Shown here: one piece after another, positions 31,726 to 45,500 of the stretch
Numbering within the stretch: position 1 is the first letter of the stretch
Layout: each line of letters begins with the position of its first letter
Origin: Macrostomum lignano
Lineage: Eukaryota
DNA: 64,000 nucleotides
Direction: 5' to 3'
Assembly (NCBI GenBank): GCA_002269645.1
Contig: NIVC01001238.1
Location: 186,001 to 250,000, forward strand
Notes under the pieces: model-generated
Database searches by the model: none
Told to the model about the DNA's origin: nothing
What the model saw: only the letters and a program-made list of their open reading frames with translations
Made by a program: the position numbers and the translations under genes

Positions 31726-34700
31726 CGCTTAGGTCTAATATAGTGTGGCGATGCAGTGCAGATCTCCAGTCGGTGTGGGTAGAATTACACGGCTTGCTGC
31801 CTGGCTATTCAATGTGGAATCTGGAAGTTATCTGGAAGATTTCTGCGGGCCTGCTAACCCTAAATCTCTTCGTCTTTATAACAATCTTTACTTTGCTATT
31901 TAGGTTGATAGAAGACTAGGCCAAGGCAAAATATACGGGCTGTAATCTATTTCAATACGAAAATCGCAACCGACAGTCTGGGCCGGAGCCTCGCTCGACA
32001 CGCGCGCTTTTCGCTTTTTTTATTATTAACGGGAGCGGCGAGACTAGGAATATAATAGAAACAGGGACAAGGCGGATTAGGCACGACTCGGGCTGGGGCA
32101 GGATAGGCAATGACTTTTAATTTCAGTTAGAGGAGGAGGCCGGGCGCCCTGAGTTTGGGGGGTGGGGCTGTCGCCTCTCTTTAGGCCCCGCTCTTGTCTG
32201 GCCAATAAAGAGCCAACCCCCCTGCAATTACGAACCCACCACCTCAACAAACCTTGCTAAGGAGAAAGGGGGGCTGGCTGGGCATCCAGTAAAACATGTG
32301 TTAAAAGGGAAGGTGGAATGGCCGGAGGGGGTTTAGTCAAACTTTCGCCCCCCCTCACCCTGAAATAACTGCGACACCCCCAGTGGGCCGAGCACCCACC
32401 AGTCCCGCCAACTCATCGTGTAGGGGGTTTGTTTGGGGTTTTCCTTTGCTTCATTGCTCCAGGCGGACCAGCCCGGGCCACGGGCCAGTTCGTTTCCGAA
32501 AAATAGCTTGGCAAGAATAGATAGGCGGAGAAGCCATGCTGTCTGCACAGAATTCTCGATAATTTCGGAATAGCCGAACCGATGTTGACAATCTTGGTCT
32601 CATTTTAAAGCTGAATAAATTCTTTACAACTGACACGAGTTTCGTTGGAAACTTTTAACTTTTAAGAACCGTTCTTTTAGTTTAAACTTTAAACGCGTCC
32701 AAATTTGTGTTTAGTGTGTACTGTGTACATTTTGTTCGTTTCAGTTTTCTCTTTAAATTAAGTGGAGAGAGGCTTCTGCTCGTTTTATTGAGGGGCGAAA
32801 ATTTACTCATTGCTAATAATAAGCTAGCGTAAAAAGGGGCCGTCCCCTCCCAGCCGGAGCTCGTACAGACAAAAATTGAGAGTTTAAGGACCGAGAGTTG
32901 AGGCAAGACCCCCAAGTCAAACCAACGCCCCCCCCCCCACACACATACACACACTGTTGCCCCACTCCAATCCTCTTCTCCCACTTGAGTTAAAAATTCT
33001 TGGAATTATTTGATCAAAGATCTGCCTCCCCCCGTGCACCCAGCCAGTTCATGCATCGAGCGGGCGGGGGGGGCTGCCTGAGTCTACATTGAAATCAACC
33101 GAACGAACTGACTAATAACGGAACAAGGCGGGTAGAGCAGGACCCCCGGCCCGTGTTTAGTTGGTCAACAGTGCACAAACATTACCGTTCTGGGGCTGTC
33201 TGTGGGGGGTCCAGCTAAATTCGTACCGCAGAGAGAATTATGGGCATACCTTTCACTTCAGCCTATGCCCAAAGTTTGCCAACCTGTCAAAAAAGCCCAA
33301 CTCAACCATCAAGAGGTTTGCTTTTGGTGGTTTGGTGGTGACATATCACTTTCAAAAATGGCATGCGTAATTTAGGGTGTGGTTTGTGCATTCGAGATCC
33401 GAGAATTAATAGCTTAGTATAACTGAAAGTTGAGATTTTAATTATATAAACTTTCCGATGAAATAGAAATAATAAAACAGCGAAGTTTTTAAAACTTTGA
33501 CTCATTTTTTAGTCGTTTCTGGTTGTTAGGTTGATGAATTCAAACTAGATTTAAACTGACGCATTTCCTAGAAACTTACGACGACCCTACACTTTCTATA
33601 TTAATTTCGAATTCTATATATATTCAACAGATATCGCAAAGTAAATTTTTATCCGGATTGCTTCTAAGCTTTCAAGTACCTTGCAATTAAGGCTCTGAAA
33701 CGGTACATTTCAAACCATAGGTGCATAGGTTTCTGCTCGATTTTTTACGACTGAAAGTAAAAGCGGAATCCATTCCAAAATGCGCCCCCTCTCCAAAGCC
33801 GAGCTACTTCTTTTTCATTGCCCCCACCTGAATTTGCGCAGCGCGTCCGTCTGAAATTTGAATTCTGCAGCCACCAAAAACTATCTTTGCGCGCGGCAAA
33901 ATCCATAATCCACGACCCCGAGTCTCAGATTCGGGTCGGTTCCATGCGGCCGAGAGAAGCGAATTGAGGCGGGGGTTTATAGAAATCGAACACTCTGTGG
34001 GTAGCAACACCTGATGCAATATTGTCTGCGGGCAAGTGGCATCATTTTCCTTTTTAGCTTTCACTTCTGTTATATTGTACGGATGTCGGAAAAGATCAAA
34101 ATCGACCTTACAGACGCTTAGGTAGTTGCACCTGTGTGCACCTTATACTGCTTTCCTTTGCCTGGATTCAACCAGGTAGGTATAAACTATAAATGCATGT
34201 AGAAGCTTGTATATAGTTCCATACCTTCTTAAAAGCATTAAAACTGCAGATCTGCAGCAGTTCATGACCAGCGGTTACTATAGTACTACTATAGTACTAC
34301 TTATGTCTGCTCTGAAATGTCAGCACCAAGTTTCCTAATGGGTCATTCTTGAGAAAAATAACTTGTCAATCAAAGTGATTGCGTGGGCAATTGTCGAGCT
34401 GTGATTGTAGTAAAATTAGCTATACCGATACTGAATGTATCCACGTGTCACGCGGACCAGATAGAATCAGTTCTGACTGAGTTTTGTCTATTATATAGTT
34501 TATCAAATACCTGACGGATCAGACTGCAGGATTATGCCTGACTCACCTAGGCCAGGCAGTTCCTATATCACAGAGTCATCATATCAGCATCCCGAAACGC
34601 ATGCTGCAGCTTCAGCCCCCCTGCCATGCAGCACCTGCACCCTGCCATGACAGCGGGCATGGTAACCTAGCATCGATGTCAAGTATTTGCTTCAACTCTC

Positions 34701-35261
34701 TAAGGAATTCGAGCATCTATACAATAATTTTCGTCGATTTTGGTATTGAAGCATAAACAATAATTTTTCGAATGCATATACCGGTATATATATGGTGAGT
34801 CAGCCTTGGCCCCGCGTGCGTGTCTGCCATGCAGTGCCTGACCCGTCAGTGTGCAGCACCTGCGTTGTCATTCGACACTGCGCAGAATACTGGAAGAATT
34901 GTGAATTTCGCAGCGAGCAAACATTCACCAGAGTCAGTATTGTGCGCGCAGTTTAGTGAGGGCAAGGAAATATATGAAATTATTAATCCTAATTAAATCT
35001 CCTTTATGAGCTAGGGCAGCAGGTCACGCTTTTCAAGTCCAAGATTTAAGACCCCACTGAGCTCGTGAGTGTAGCGCGTGATCAACACAATGGGAGACCA
35101 GTGGGGCTCACATTTGTTATTAACTTCTTAGAAATCATTGTAAAAATTTAATGTAGTGAAGAAATTTATCAAAACATTTCTTTCTGATTTATTGAGGTTT
35201 TGAAAAAAAAAACCTGAAAGACTGCAGGAATACTACCTTCGACATTGTAGAGCGAACCGAC

Positions 35262-35690
35262 CTGTCACTGTAGGGTGACCCCTCCTGTCACTGTAAAATG
35301 ACCCTTCCTGTCATTGCAGGATGACCCCCTCCATTCCGCTGTAGGATGACCCCCTCCATTCCACTGTAGGATGACCCCCTCCATTCCGCTGTAGGATGAC
35401 CCCCTCTATTCCACTGTAGGGTGACCCCCTCCATTCCACTGTGGAATGACCCTTCCTGTCATTGTAGGATGACCCCCTCCTGTCACTGTAGGATGACCCC
35501 TACTGTCACTGTAGGATGACCCCCTGTCACTGTAGGATGACCCTTCCTGTCATTGTAGAATGACCCCCTCCTGTCACTGTAAAATGACCCTTCCTGTCAT
35601 TGTAGGGTGACCCCCTCCATTCCACTGTAGGGTGACCCCCTCCATTCCACTGTAGGGTGACCCCTCCATTCCACTGTAGGGTGACCTGCC
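35262..35690. repeat. 25-bp minisatellite (ACTGTAGGATGACCCCCTCCATTCC)
   Basis: Directly visible. Confidence 0.95.
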
Positions 35691-36629
35691 TGCCACTTTG
35701 ACACGATCGGCTTGCATTCTCAGCGTTCAATGCTCATAAGCACACGTGACACGACAAGACAGTTTGGGAGTTCTGTATACATTGTACTTATTTCCGGGTA
35801 CCTGCATTTCCCTCTTTTTAGTCTCTAATCACGCGCTGCATGGTTTCTGCATCGAGGCGAGTGAGCAGTTCGTCAATCAGCCAGGTGTCTCGTTACCACA
35901 GAGCGATCGGAGAGAATTTGAAGCCGAATTTGCTACGAGCGCACTGCAGAGATTATGGACTGAGATGCCGTCCCATCTGCTTTCCCTTTCCCCCGCAGAT
36001 CTCGTGTGTTGCGCAGGGACGACGGCCTGAAGGAGGGGAGGACAACTTCCTTTCTGTTTTATGGCTGTGAAAGGAATTGTGAAAGCTGCTCTCGAGAGCG
36101 GGACGCTGTCGGGGACTCAAAGCAGAAGCTGCGGACGCAAAACGAGCGAAAGATTATGAAGAAGAAGAAGCAGACAGAAAGACAGGCAGACTGCAGACGG
36201 GTGCGTGGATAGAAGGAAGAGGAGACGCGGGTGGGCAACTCGAGGAAATCGCGAGGCTTCTATCCTAGCTTTGAAAGCCGCATCTGCACTCGCATGCAGT
36301 GTTTCTAGTAGGTACACAGGCGGGCCTTCTCAGCTCAAGGTGGAAAGTGCGGCCCTCCTAGCTCTGTGCGAGGCCGTATGCGCGCTAAGCTGACAAAGGC
36401 AGCCCGAAGGGGAGCCCTGATTTTAGTTCTTACTCTGATGCTGAGTCCTGCCCTGCACTGTGAGGCTCTATTTCACTCCCACGGCTCGCTTATTAAATGT
36501 AGTCTTTATGTTGTACAGTTGCTGCAGGGCAGCGGGGTCAATCTTGAGCAAAACAACACAAGTTTTCAGCAGTTTATATGGTCTGGACTTTCGTAAAGTT
36601 ATAAAAGCTTAAGGTAAAAGAGAGAGAGG

Positions 36630-37762
36630 GAGATTATGAAACAGCGAGATTATGAAGCAGGGAGATTATGAAACAGGGAGATTTAGAAAAAGAGAAATTA
36701 TGAAACAGCAAGATTATTAAACAGGAAGATTATGAAGCAGGGAGATTATGAAACGGGGAGATTATGAAACAGCTGGAGATTGTGAAGCAGGGAGATTATG
36801 AAACAGGGAGATTAAGAAACAGGGAGATTATGAAACAGGGAGATTAAGAAAAAGCTGGAGATTATGAAACAGGAAGATTGTGAAACAGGGAGATTGTGAA
36901 ACAGGGAGATTCTGAAACAGGGAGATTATGAAACAGGGAGATTATGAAACAGGGAGATTCTGAAACAGGAAGATTATGAAATAGGGAGATTATGAAACAT
37001 AGAGATTATGAAACAGGGAGATTATGAAACAAGGAGATTATGAAACAGGGAGATTCTGAAACAGGAGATTATGAAACAGGGAAATTAAGAAACAGGAGAT
37101 TATGAAACAGGGAGATTAAGAAACAGGAGATTATGAAACAGGGAGATTAAGAAACAGGAGATTATGAAACAGGGAGATTAAGAAAAAGCTGGAGATTATG
37201 AAACAGGAAGATTGTGAAACAGGGAGATTGTGAAACAGGGAGATTCTGAAACAGGGAGATTATGAAACAGGGAGATTATGAAACAGGGAGATTCTGAAAC
37301 AGGGAGATTATGAAATAGGGAGATTATGAAACATAGAGATTATGAAACAGGGAGATTATGAAACAAGGAGATTATGAAACAGGGAGATTAAGAAACAGGA
37401 GATTATGAAACAGGGAGATTAAGAAACAGGAGATTATAAAACAGAGAGATTAAGAAACAGGAGATTATGAAGCAGGGGGATTATACAACAGAGAGATTAA
37501 GAAACAGGGAGATTATGAAACAGGGAGATTAATAAACAGGAGATTGTGAAACAGGGAGATTATAAAACAGAGAGATTAAGAAACAGGAGATTGTGAAACA
37601 GAGAGATTAAGAAACAGGAGATTATAAAACAGGGAGATTATAAAACAGAGAGATTAAGAAACAGGGAGATTATGAAACAGAGAGATTAAGAAACAGGGAG
37701 ATTATGAAACAGAGAGATTAAGAAACAGGAGATTATGAATCAGGGAGATTATGAAACAGGGA
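36630..37762. repeat. 16-bp minisatellite (GGGAGATTATGAAACA)
   Basis: Directly visible. Confidence 0.95.
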
Positions 37763-38194
37763 GGAATATTACGAGCTGGAGGCAGATCAAGAAGAAAGCC
37801 AACGAAGTAAGATACTGAGGGAAAGAAGCAGTTGGGCAAATCCTTTTCCAACCAAGCGAAAGTGAAAAGAGTTTTATCTTCGAATTAAAAGTTGCGAGCC
37901 AGCCTTAACGAAGTTCGAACCGGTTGTATCAAAATTGTCTCCACTTTCCTGTCGATTTTGCGTTTTAAAATTCGTTTCGACACGAACTGGGCCCGAGCGA
38001 GCAGTCATCGGGCTTTGCGAAAGTACCGATCTCTGCTTTTTATTGCCAGCAGGCTGCGCGCATCTTTTATTCTCCTTTCTTGACTTCTGCTTTCGCTTGC
38101 TTCCGCTAACTGGGTGCGTTGCTTGCTTGTGCAGCATCGTGCTTGGCATAATTTCAGCAGTGCCTCAGTGACTCATTCTGTATCACCCCGACTG

Positions 38195-39712
38195 AGGTGT
38201 TAATCCTGTGATACAGGTATTTATCGTGTGATTTAGGTGTTAATCCTGTGATTCAGGTGTTGATCCTGTGATTCAGGTGTTGATCCTGTGATTCAGGTGT
38301 TAATCATGTGATTCAGGTGTTAATCTTGTGATTCAGGTGCTAATCCTGTGATTCAGGTGTTGATCCTGTGATTCAGGTGTTAACTCTGTGATTCAGGTGC
38401 TAATCCTGTGATTCAGGTGTTAATTTATTCTGTGATTCAAGTGTTAACTCTGTGATTCAGGTGCTAATCCTGTGATTCAGGTGTTAATCCATTCTGTGAT
38501 TCAAGTGTTAACTCTGTGATTCAGGTGCTAATCCTGTGATTCAGGTGTTGATCCTGTGATTCAGGTGTTAATCCTGTGATTCAGGTGTTGATCCTGTGAT
38601 TCAGGTGTTAATCCATTCTGCGATTCAAGTGTTAATCCTGTGATTCAGGTGTTAATCCTGTGATTCAGGTGTTAATCTTGTGATTCAGGTGCTAATCCTG
38701 TGATTCAGGTGCTAATCCTGTGATTCAAGTGTTAATTCTGTGATTCAGGTGCTAATCCTGTGATTCAGGTGTTGATCCTGTGATTCAGGTGTTAATCCTG
38801 TGATTCAGGTGTTGATCCTGTGATTCAGGTGTTGATCCTGTGATTCAGGTGTTAATCCATTCTGCGATTCAAGTGTTAATCCTGTGATTCAGGTGTTGAT
38901 CCTGTGATTCAGGTGTTAATCCATTCTGCGATTCAAGTGTTAATCCTGTGATTCAGGTGTTAATCTTGTGATTCAGGTGCTAATCCTGTGATTCAGGTGT
39001 TAATCCATTCTGTGATTCAAGTGTTAATTCTGTGGTTCAGGTGCTAATCCTGTGATTCAGGTGTTGATCCTGTGATTCAGGTGTTAATCCTGTGATTCAG
39101 GTGCTAATCCTGTGGTTCAGGTGCTAATCCTGTGATTCAGGTGTTGATCCTGTGATTCAGGTGTTGATCCTGTGGTTCAGGTGTTAATCTTGTGGTTCAG
39201 GTGCTAATCCTGTGATTCAGGTGTTAATCCTGTGATTCAGGTGCTAATCCTGTGGTTCAGGTGCTAATCCTGTGATTCAAGTGTTAATCCATTCTGTGAT
39301 TCAATTGTTAATTCTGTGATTCAGGTGTTAATCCATTCTGTGATTCAAGTGTTAATCCTGTGATTCAGGTGTTAATCCATTCTGTGATTCAATTGTTAAT
39401 TCTGTGATTCAGGTGTTAATCCATTCTGTGATTCAAGTGTTAATCCTGTGATTCAGGTGTTAATCCTGTGATTCAGGTGCTAATCCATTCTGTGATTCAG
39501 GTGTTAATCCTGTGATTCAGGTGCTAATCCATTCTGTGATTCAGGTGTTAATCCTGTGATTCAGGTGTTGATTCTGTGATTCAGGTGTTAATCCATTCTG
39601 CGATTCAAGTGTTAATCCTGTGATTCAGGTGTTGATCCTGTGATTCAGGTGTTGATCCTGTGATTCAGGTGTTAATCCTGTGATTCAGGTGTTAATCTTG
39701 TGATTCAGGTGT
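38195..39712. repeat. 20-bp minisatellite (GTGATTCAGGTGTTAATCCT)
   Basis: Directly visible. Confidence 0.95.
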
Positions 39713-40094
39713 ACAGTACATTCATTTTAAAGTTCATCGTGAATTCTATCCACTCAACGGAAGTGTTTGTACCATCATGGAATGTCATTAAAGGCCACCC
39801 TGAAATTATGAAATCGCTTTGTCTGGAAGCAGAAATCTTCATCAATCAATTTCACTTAAATCTTAATGGCCTGCACTGCCTGCAGATCAGGTTGTAACGC
39901 AATTTTATCTGAATTAAAAAATGCATTAAACTGCTTTTGTTTAACTGCCACTTGAACCCTTTTTTGTCTGTACGATTTTTATGGATTTACTACTGCTTGA
40001 TAGTAGTATGTGAAAGTAGTATTTTCACCTTTTATTGACTTTTTTAATTAAAAGATGTCAGGACATCGTGGTGGCAGATGACAATTGAACCTGG

Positions 40095-40605
40095 GGTATC
40101 AGATGGCAAGACTCTGGGGTGTCAGATGGAAAGACTCTGGGGTGTCAGATGGAAAGACTCTGGGGTGTCAGATGGAAAGACTCTGGGGTGTCAGATGGAA
40201 AGACTCTGAGGTGTTAGATGGCAGGACTCTGGGGTGTGAGATGGCAAGACTCTGGGGTGTGAGATGTCGAGACTCTGGGGTGTGAGATGGCAAGACTCTG
40301 GGGTGTGAGATGTCGAGACTCTGGGGTGTGAGATGTCGAGACTCTGGGGTGTGAGATGCCAAGACTCTGAGGTGTGAGATGGCGAGACTCTGGGGTGTGA
40401 GATGTCGAGACTCTGGGGTGTGAGATGCCAAGACCCTGGGGTGTGAGATGGCGAGACTCTGGGGTGTGAGATGTCGAGACTCTGGGGTGTGAGATGCCAA
40501 GACCCTGGGGTGTGAGATGGCAAGACCCTGGGGTGTGACATGGCAGGACTCTGGGGTGTGAGATGTCGAGACTCTGGGGTGTGACATGGCAGGACTCTGG
40601 GTGTC
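40095..40605. repeat. 23-bp minisatellite (GAGATGGCAAGACTCTGGGGTGT)
   Basis: Directly visible. Confidence 0.95.
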
Positions 40606-40964
40606 AAATATGGGGGCATCGGGGAGGCCATCTCAGCAGTCTCAGCTCCAGAGTACATATAGTATTACATCTCCATTACAAATATGCGTTGAGCGGCATG
40701 CACAATTGCTGTTGTTAGTGCTCAGTTTTTTCATAACTAAATGGAACACAAGCCACTCTAGAAATGAAGCAAATTGAATTGCGCAGACTGTCAAGCAAGC
40801 CCACAGAAGAGTGTGGAAATTTACCTCAGCGACCCGACTGATTGATAAACTGCATGCAGGTGCAGAGACCGAAGGTGAAATTTTGAGTACGAATCCAATA
40901 CCTGAGTTGGACTCGAAAGATAAGGTAAAAAGCAGAAAAAATACTAAAGAAGACGGCAGAGAAT

Positions 40965-42210
40965 AGGCTGTATAGAATAGACGGTACAAAATGGACAGTA
41001 CAGAATGGACAGTACAGAATTGACAGTACAGTATAGACGGTACAAAATGGACAGTACAGAATGGACAGTACAGAATTGACAGTACAGTATAGACGGTACA
41101 AAATGGACAGTACAGAATGGACAGTACAGAAGGGACAGTACAGAATGGACAGTACGAAATGGACAGTAAAGAATGGACAGTACAGAAGGGACAGTACAAA
41201 ACGGACAGTACAGAATGGACAGTACAGAAGGGACAGTACAAAATGGACAGTACAGAATGGACAGTACAGAATGGACAGTACAGAATGGACAGTACAGAAT
41301 GGACAGTACAGAAGGGACAGTACAAAATGGACAGTACAGAATGGACAGTACAGAAGGGACAGTACAAAATGGACAGTACAGAATGGACAGTACAGAATGG
41401 ACAGTACAGAATGGACAGTACAGAATGGACAGTACAGAATGGACAGTACAGAATAGGCTGTACAGAATGGACAGTACAGATTGGACAGTGCGGAATAGGC
41501 TGTACAGAATGGACAGTACAGATTGGACAGTGCGGAATAGACAGTACAGAATGGACAGTACAGAATGGAGAGTACAGAATGGACAGTACAGAATTGACAG
41601 TACAGAATGGACAGTAAAGAATTGACAGTGGACAGTACAGAATGGACAGTACAGAATGGACAGTACAGAATTGACAGTACAGAATGGACAGTACAGAATG
41701 GACAGTACAGAATTGACAGTACAGAATGGACAGTAAAGAATTGACAGTGGACAGTACAGAATGGACAGTACAGAATGGACAGTACAGAATGGACAGTACA
41801 GAATTGACAGTACAGAATTGACAGTACAGAATTGACAGTACAGAATTGACAGTACAGAATAGGCTGTACAGAATTGACAGTACAGAATGGACAGTACAGA
41901 ATTGACAGTACAGAATGGACAGTACAGAATGGACAGTGCGGAATGGACAGTACAGAATTGACAGTACAGAATGGACAGTACAGAATGGACAGTACAGAAT
42001 TGACAGTACAGAATTGACAGTACAGAATTGACAGTACAGAATTGACAGTACAGAATGGACAGTACAGAATGGACAGTACAGAATGGACAGTACAGAATGG
42101 AGAGTACAGAATTGACAGTACAGAATTGACAGTACAGAATGGACAGTACAGAATGGACAGTACAGAATGGACAGTACAGAATTGACAGTACAGAATGGAC
42201 AGTACAGTAT
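40965..42210. repeat. 14-bp minisatellite (GTACAGAATGGACA)
   Basis: Directly visible. Confidence 0.95.
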
Positions 42211-42571
42211 ATACAGTACAGAACAGTCAGCCCGAAATGCAGTTAACCATTAAATTTAGTCGTTCAACCAGCCAACTTCAAGAGCAACCAGAAGACATGC
42301 AAATAACCAGCCATTATCTCTCTTGTGCATGTATACATTTTTCACATGTACATTGCCTACACTGTCCATTATCTTTCTCTCCAAGCGGTGTACATTCAAG
42401 CCTGCCTGCCCTGTTTGCAAGTGTAATAGGCAAGTACTTTGCTGTTAAGGCGCTGGCAGGCTCCTAAAACTATCTGTGTTAATAAGACCTGGTAGCTTGA
42501 AGACACTGAAAAAAGCAAAATTTAACGGCTGTGATTTTCTGTCCTTGAACTTCGGCAAATTATCGAAAGCA

Positions 42572-45500
42572 ATGGAAAAATTTCTTGGAAAATGGAAGTC
42601 CACTAAGGTGGAGAACTTTGACAACTTCATGAAGGCGATGGGTGCGTTACTATACTCATTTTGAGAAGCTGTTTCCAGCAAAAGTACACCAGATAGGAGG
42701 CTTTTAGCAAAATGATATTTCTCCATATTAGATAAACATGTCGGAAGGTAGAGAGAAGTAGACAATGATCGGGAGAGACGGACGGACGAAGATGGAGGAA
42801 AACTAGACATTGAGAGAAGCAGACAGATTGAGAGAAGTAGACACGAATTGAGAGAGGTAAACAGAGATTTATAGAAGTAGACAAAAATTAAGAGAAGATA
42901 AGAATTGGGAGAGGTAGACACGGATTGAGCGGTAGACATGTTTTGAGAGAAGTAGACACGAATTGAGAGAAGTAGACACGGATTGAGCGGTAGACATGTT
43001 TTGAGAGAAGTAGATACGAATTGAGAGAGGTAGACACGGATTGAGAGAAGTAGACACGGATTGAGAGAGGTAGACACGGATTGAGAGAAGTAGACACGGA
43101 TTGAGCGGTAGACATGTTTTGAGAGAAGTAGATACGGATTGAGAGAGGTAGACACGGATTGAGAGAAGTAGACACGAATTGAGAGAGGTAGACACGGATT
43201 GAGAGGTAGACATGTTTTGAGAGAAGTAGACACGAATTGAGAGAAGTAGACACGGATTGAGCGGTAGACATGTTTTGAGAGAAGTAGATACGGATTGAGA
43301 GAGGTAGACACGGATTGAGAGAAGTAGACACGGATTGAGCGGTAGACATGTTTTGAGAGAAGTAGATACGAATTGAGAGAGGTAAACAGAGATTTATAGA
43401 AGTAGACAAAAATTAAGAGAAGATAAGAATTGGGAGAGGTAGACACGGATTGAGCGGTAGACATGTTTTGAGAGAAGTAGACACGAATTGAGAGAAGTAG
43501 ACACGGATTGAGCGGTAGACATGTTTTGAGAGAAGTAGATACGGATTGAGAGAGGTAGACACGGATTGAGAGAAGTAGACACGGATTGAGCGGTAGACAT
43601 GTTTTGAGAGAAGTAGATACGGATTGAGAGAGGTAGACACGGATTGAGAGAAGTAGACACGAATTGAGAGAGGTAGACACGGATTGAGAGGTAGACATGT
43701 TTTGAGAGAAGTAGATACGGATTGAGAGAGGTAGACACGGATTGAGAGAAGTAGACACGGATTGAGCGGTAGACATGTTTTGAGAGAAGTAGATACGAAT
43801 TGAGAGAGGTAAACAGAGATTTATAGAAGTAGACAAAAATTAAGAGAAGATAAGAATTGGGAGAGGTAGACACGGATTGAGCGGTAGACATGTTTTGAGA
43901 GAAGTAGACACGAATTGAGAGAAGTAGACACGGATTGAGCGGTAGACATGTTTTGAGAGAAGTAGATACGGATTGAGAGAGGTAGACACGGATTGAGAGA
44001 AGTAGACACGGATTGAGCGGTAGACATGTTTTGAGAGAAGTAGATACGGATTGAGAGAGGTAGACACGGATTGAGAGAAGTAGACACGAATTGAGAGAGG
44101 TAGACACGGATTGAGAGGTAGACATGTTTTGAGAGAAGTAGACACGAATTGAGAGAAGTAGACACGGATTGAGCGGTAGACATGTTTTGAGAGAAGTAGA
44201 TACGGATTGAGAGAGGTAGACACGGATTGAGAGAAGTAGACACGGATTGAGCGGTAGACATGTTTTGAGAGAAGTAGATACGGATTGAGAGAGGTAGACA
44301 CGGATTGAGAGTAGACACGAACTGAGAGAGGTAAACACATTTATAGAAGTAGACAAAAATTAGGAGGAGTAGATAAGAATTGGGAGAGGTAGACACGGAT
44401 TGAGCGGTAGACATGGATTGAGAGAAGTAGATACGGATTGAGAGATACGAATTGAGAAGTGAATAGTTAAGACCACAGATACTATAAACACTAGATAGGC
44501 CACTCCAGCTAATTTTCACAACACGACAGTTTACTCTACTTTCTGCTTAGTAGTAGTAAAAACATTTTAGCGTTATTTATATTTTTTTTAAATAAAAAAA
44601 CAGATGAATGCAATGCAGCAATTGTATTGATTTTTTTGCAAAAAGAAACTTATAATTATACTTTCCACAATTCAAAGCAACATTGTGAATGCTTTAGATT
44701 GCATAGAAGGCTATATTATTGCAGTCAACTATTGTATATTTAGCAAATACGAGCTATATCATATACTCCATAATCCATATTCGTGTAGCAAAATAGAAAG
44801 ATTTCTCATCTTAATCAGCTCATCTGTTTGTGAAACTCGCAGCGTGCTGTTGAAGAACAGGGTCGCCAGTCGCCCTTGTTCAGAGGCAGCATTCAGAACG
44901 GCCCAACAGATGAAAAAAACTGGCGAATGCGCCACTTCAAGGTCCAGGGATGTATCCGATGGAGAGCCAATCCTCAGTGGTTTCGTAACAGGCAGCCGAT
45001 AAGCAGCAGGACTTTTGTGGTGCAGCTGCAATGAGCTGCTGATGAGATGACATCCTTTGACCAGAGCACCCCTGACTGCGAGCGCCCTGCCGCCCAGTCG
45101 ACCGCTGGAAGCTGCGCTAGCCACGCCTCCACAGTCCATGGATGCACGACTGCGCTGCACTTGCCTTGACCATCGAATGTTGCCGCTGCAGCCGCTTGAT
45201 TTGCCTGTCGCTTTCGGGATTGCCGCTGCAGCCGCTTGATTTGCCTGTCGCTTTCGGGATTGCCGCTGCAGCCGCTTGATTTGCCTGTCGTTTTCGGGAT
45301 TGCCGCTGCAGCCGCTTGATTTGCCTGTCGCTTTCGGGATTGCCGCTGCAGCCGCTTGATTTGCCTGTCGTTTTCGGGATTGCCGCTGCAGCCGCTTGAT
45401 TTGCCTGTCGCTTTCGGGATTGCCGCTGCAGCCGCTTGATTTGCCTGTCGCTTTCGGGATTGCCGCTGCAGCCGCTTGATTCGCCTGTCACTTTCGGCCT

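Noticed and set aside
32100-33000. Possible fold-back element (weak inverted similarity between ~32335 and ~32800, G/C runs)
   Set aside because: The similarity is short and degenerate; no boundaries or TSD could be defined.
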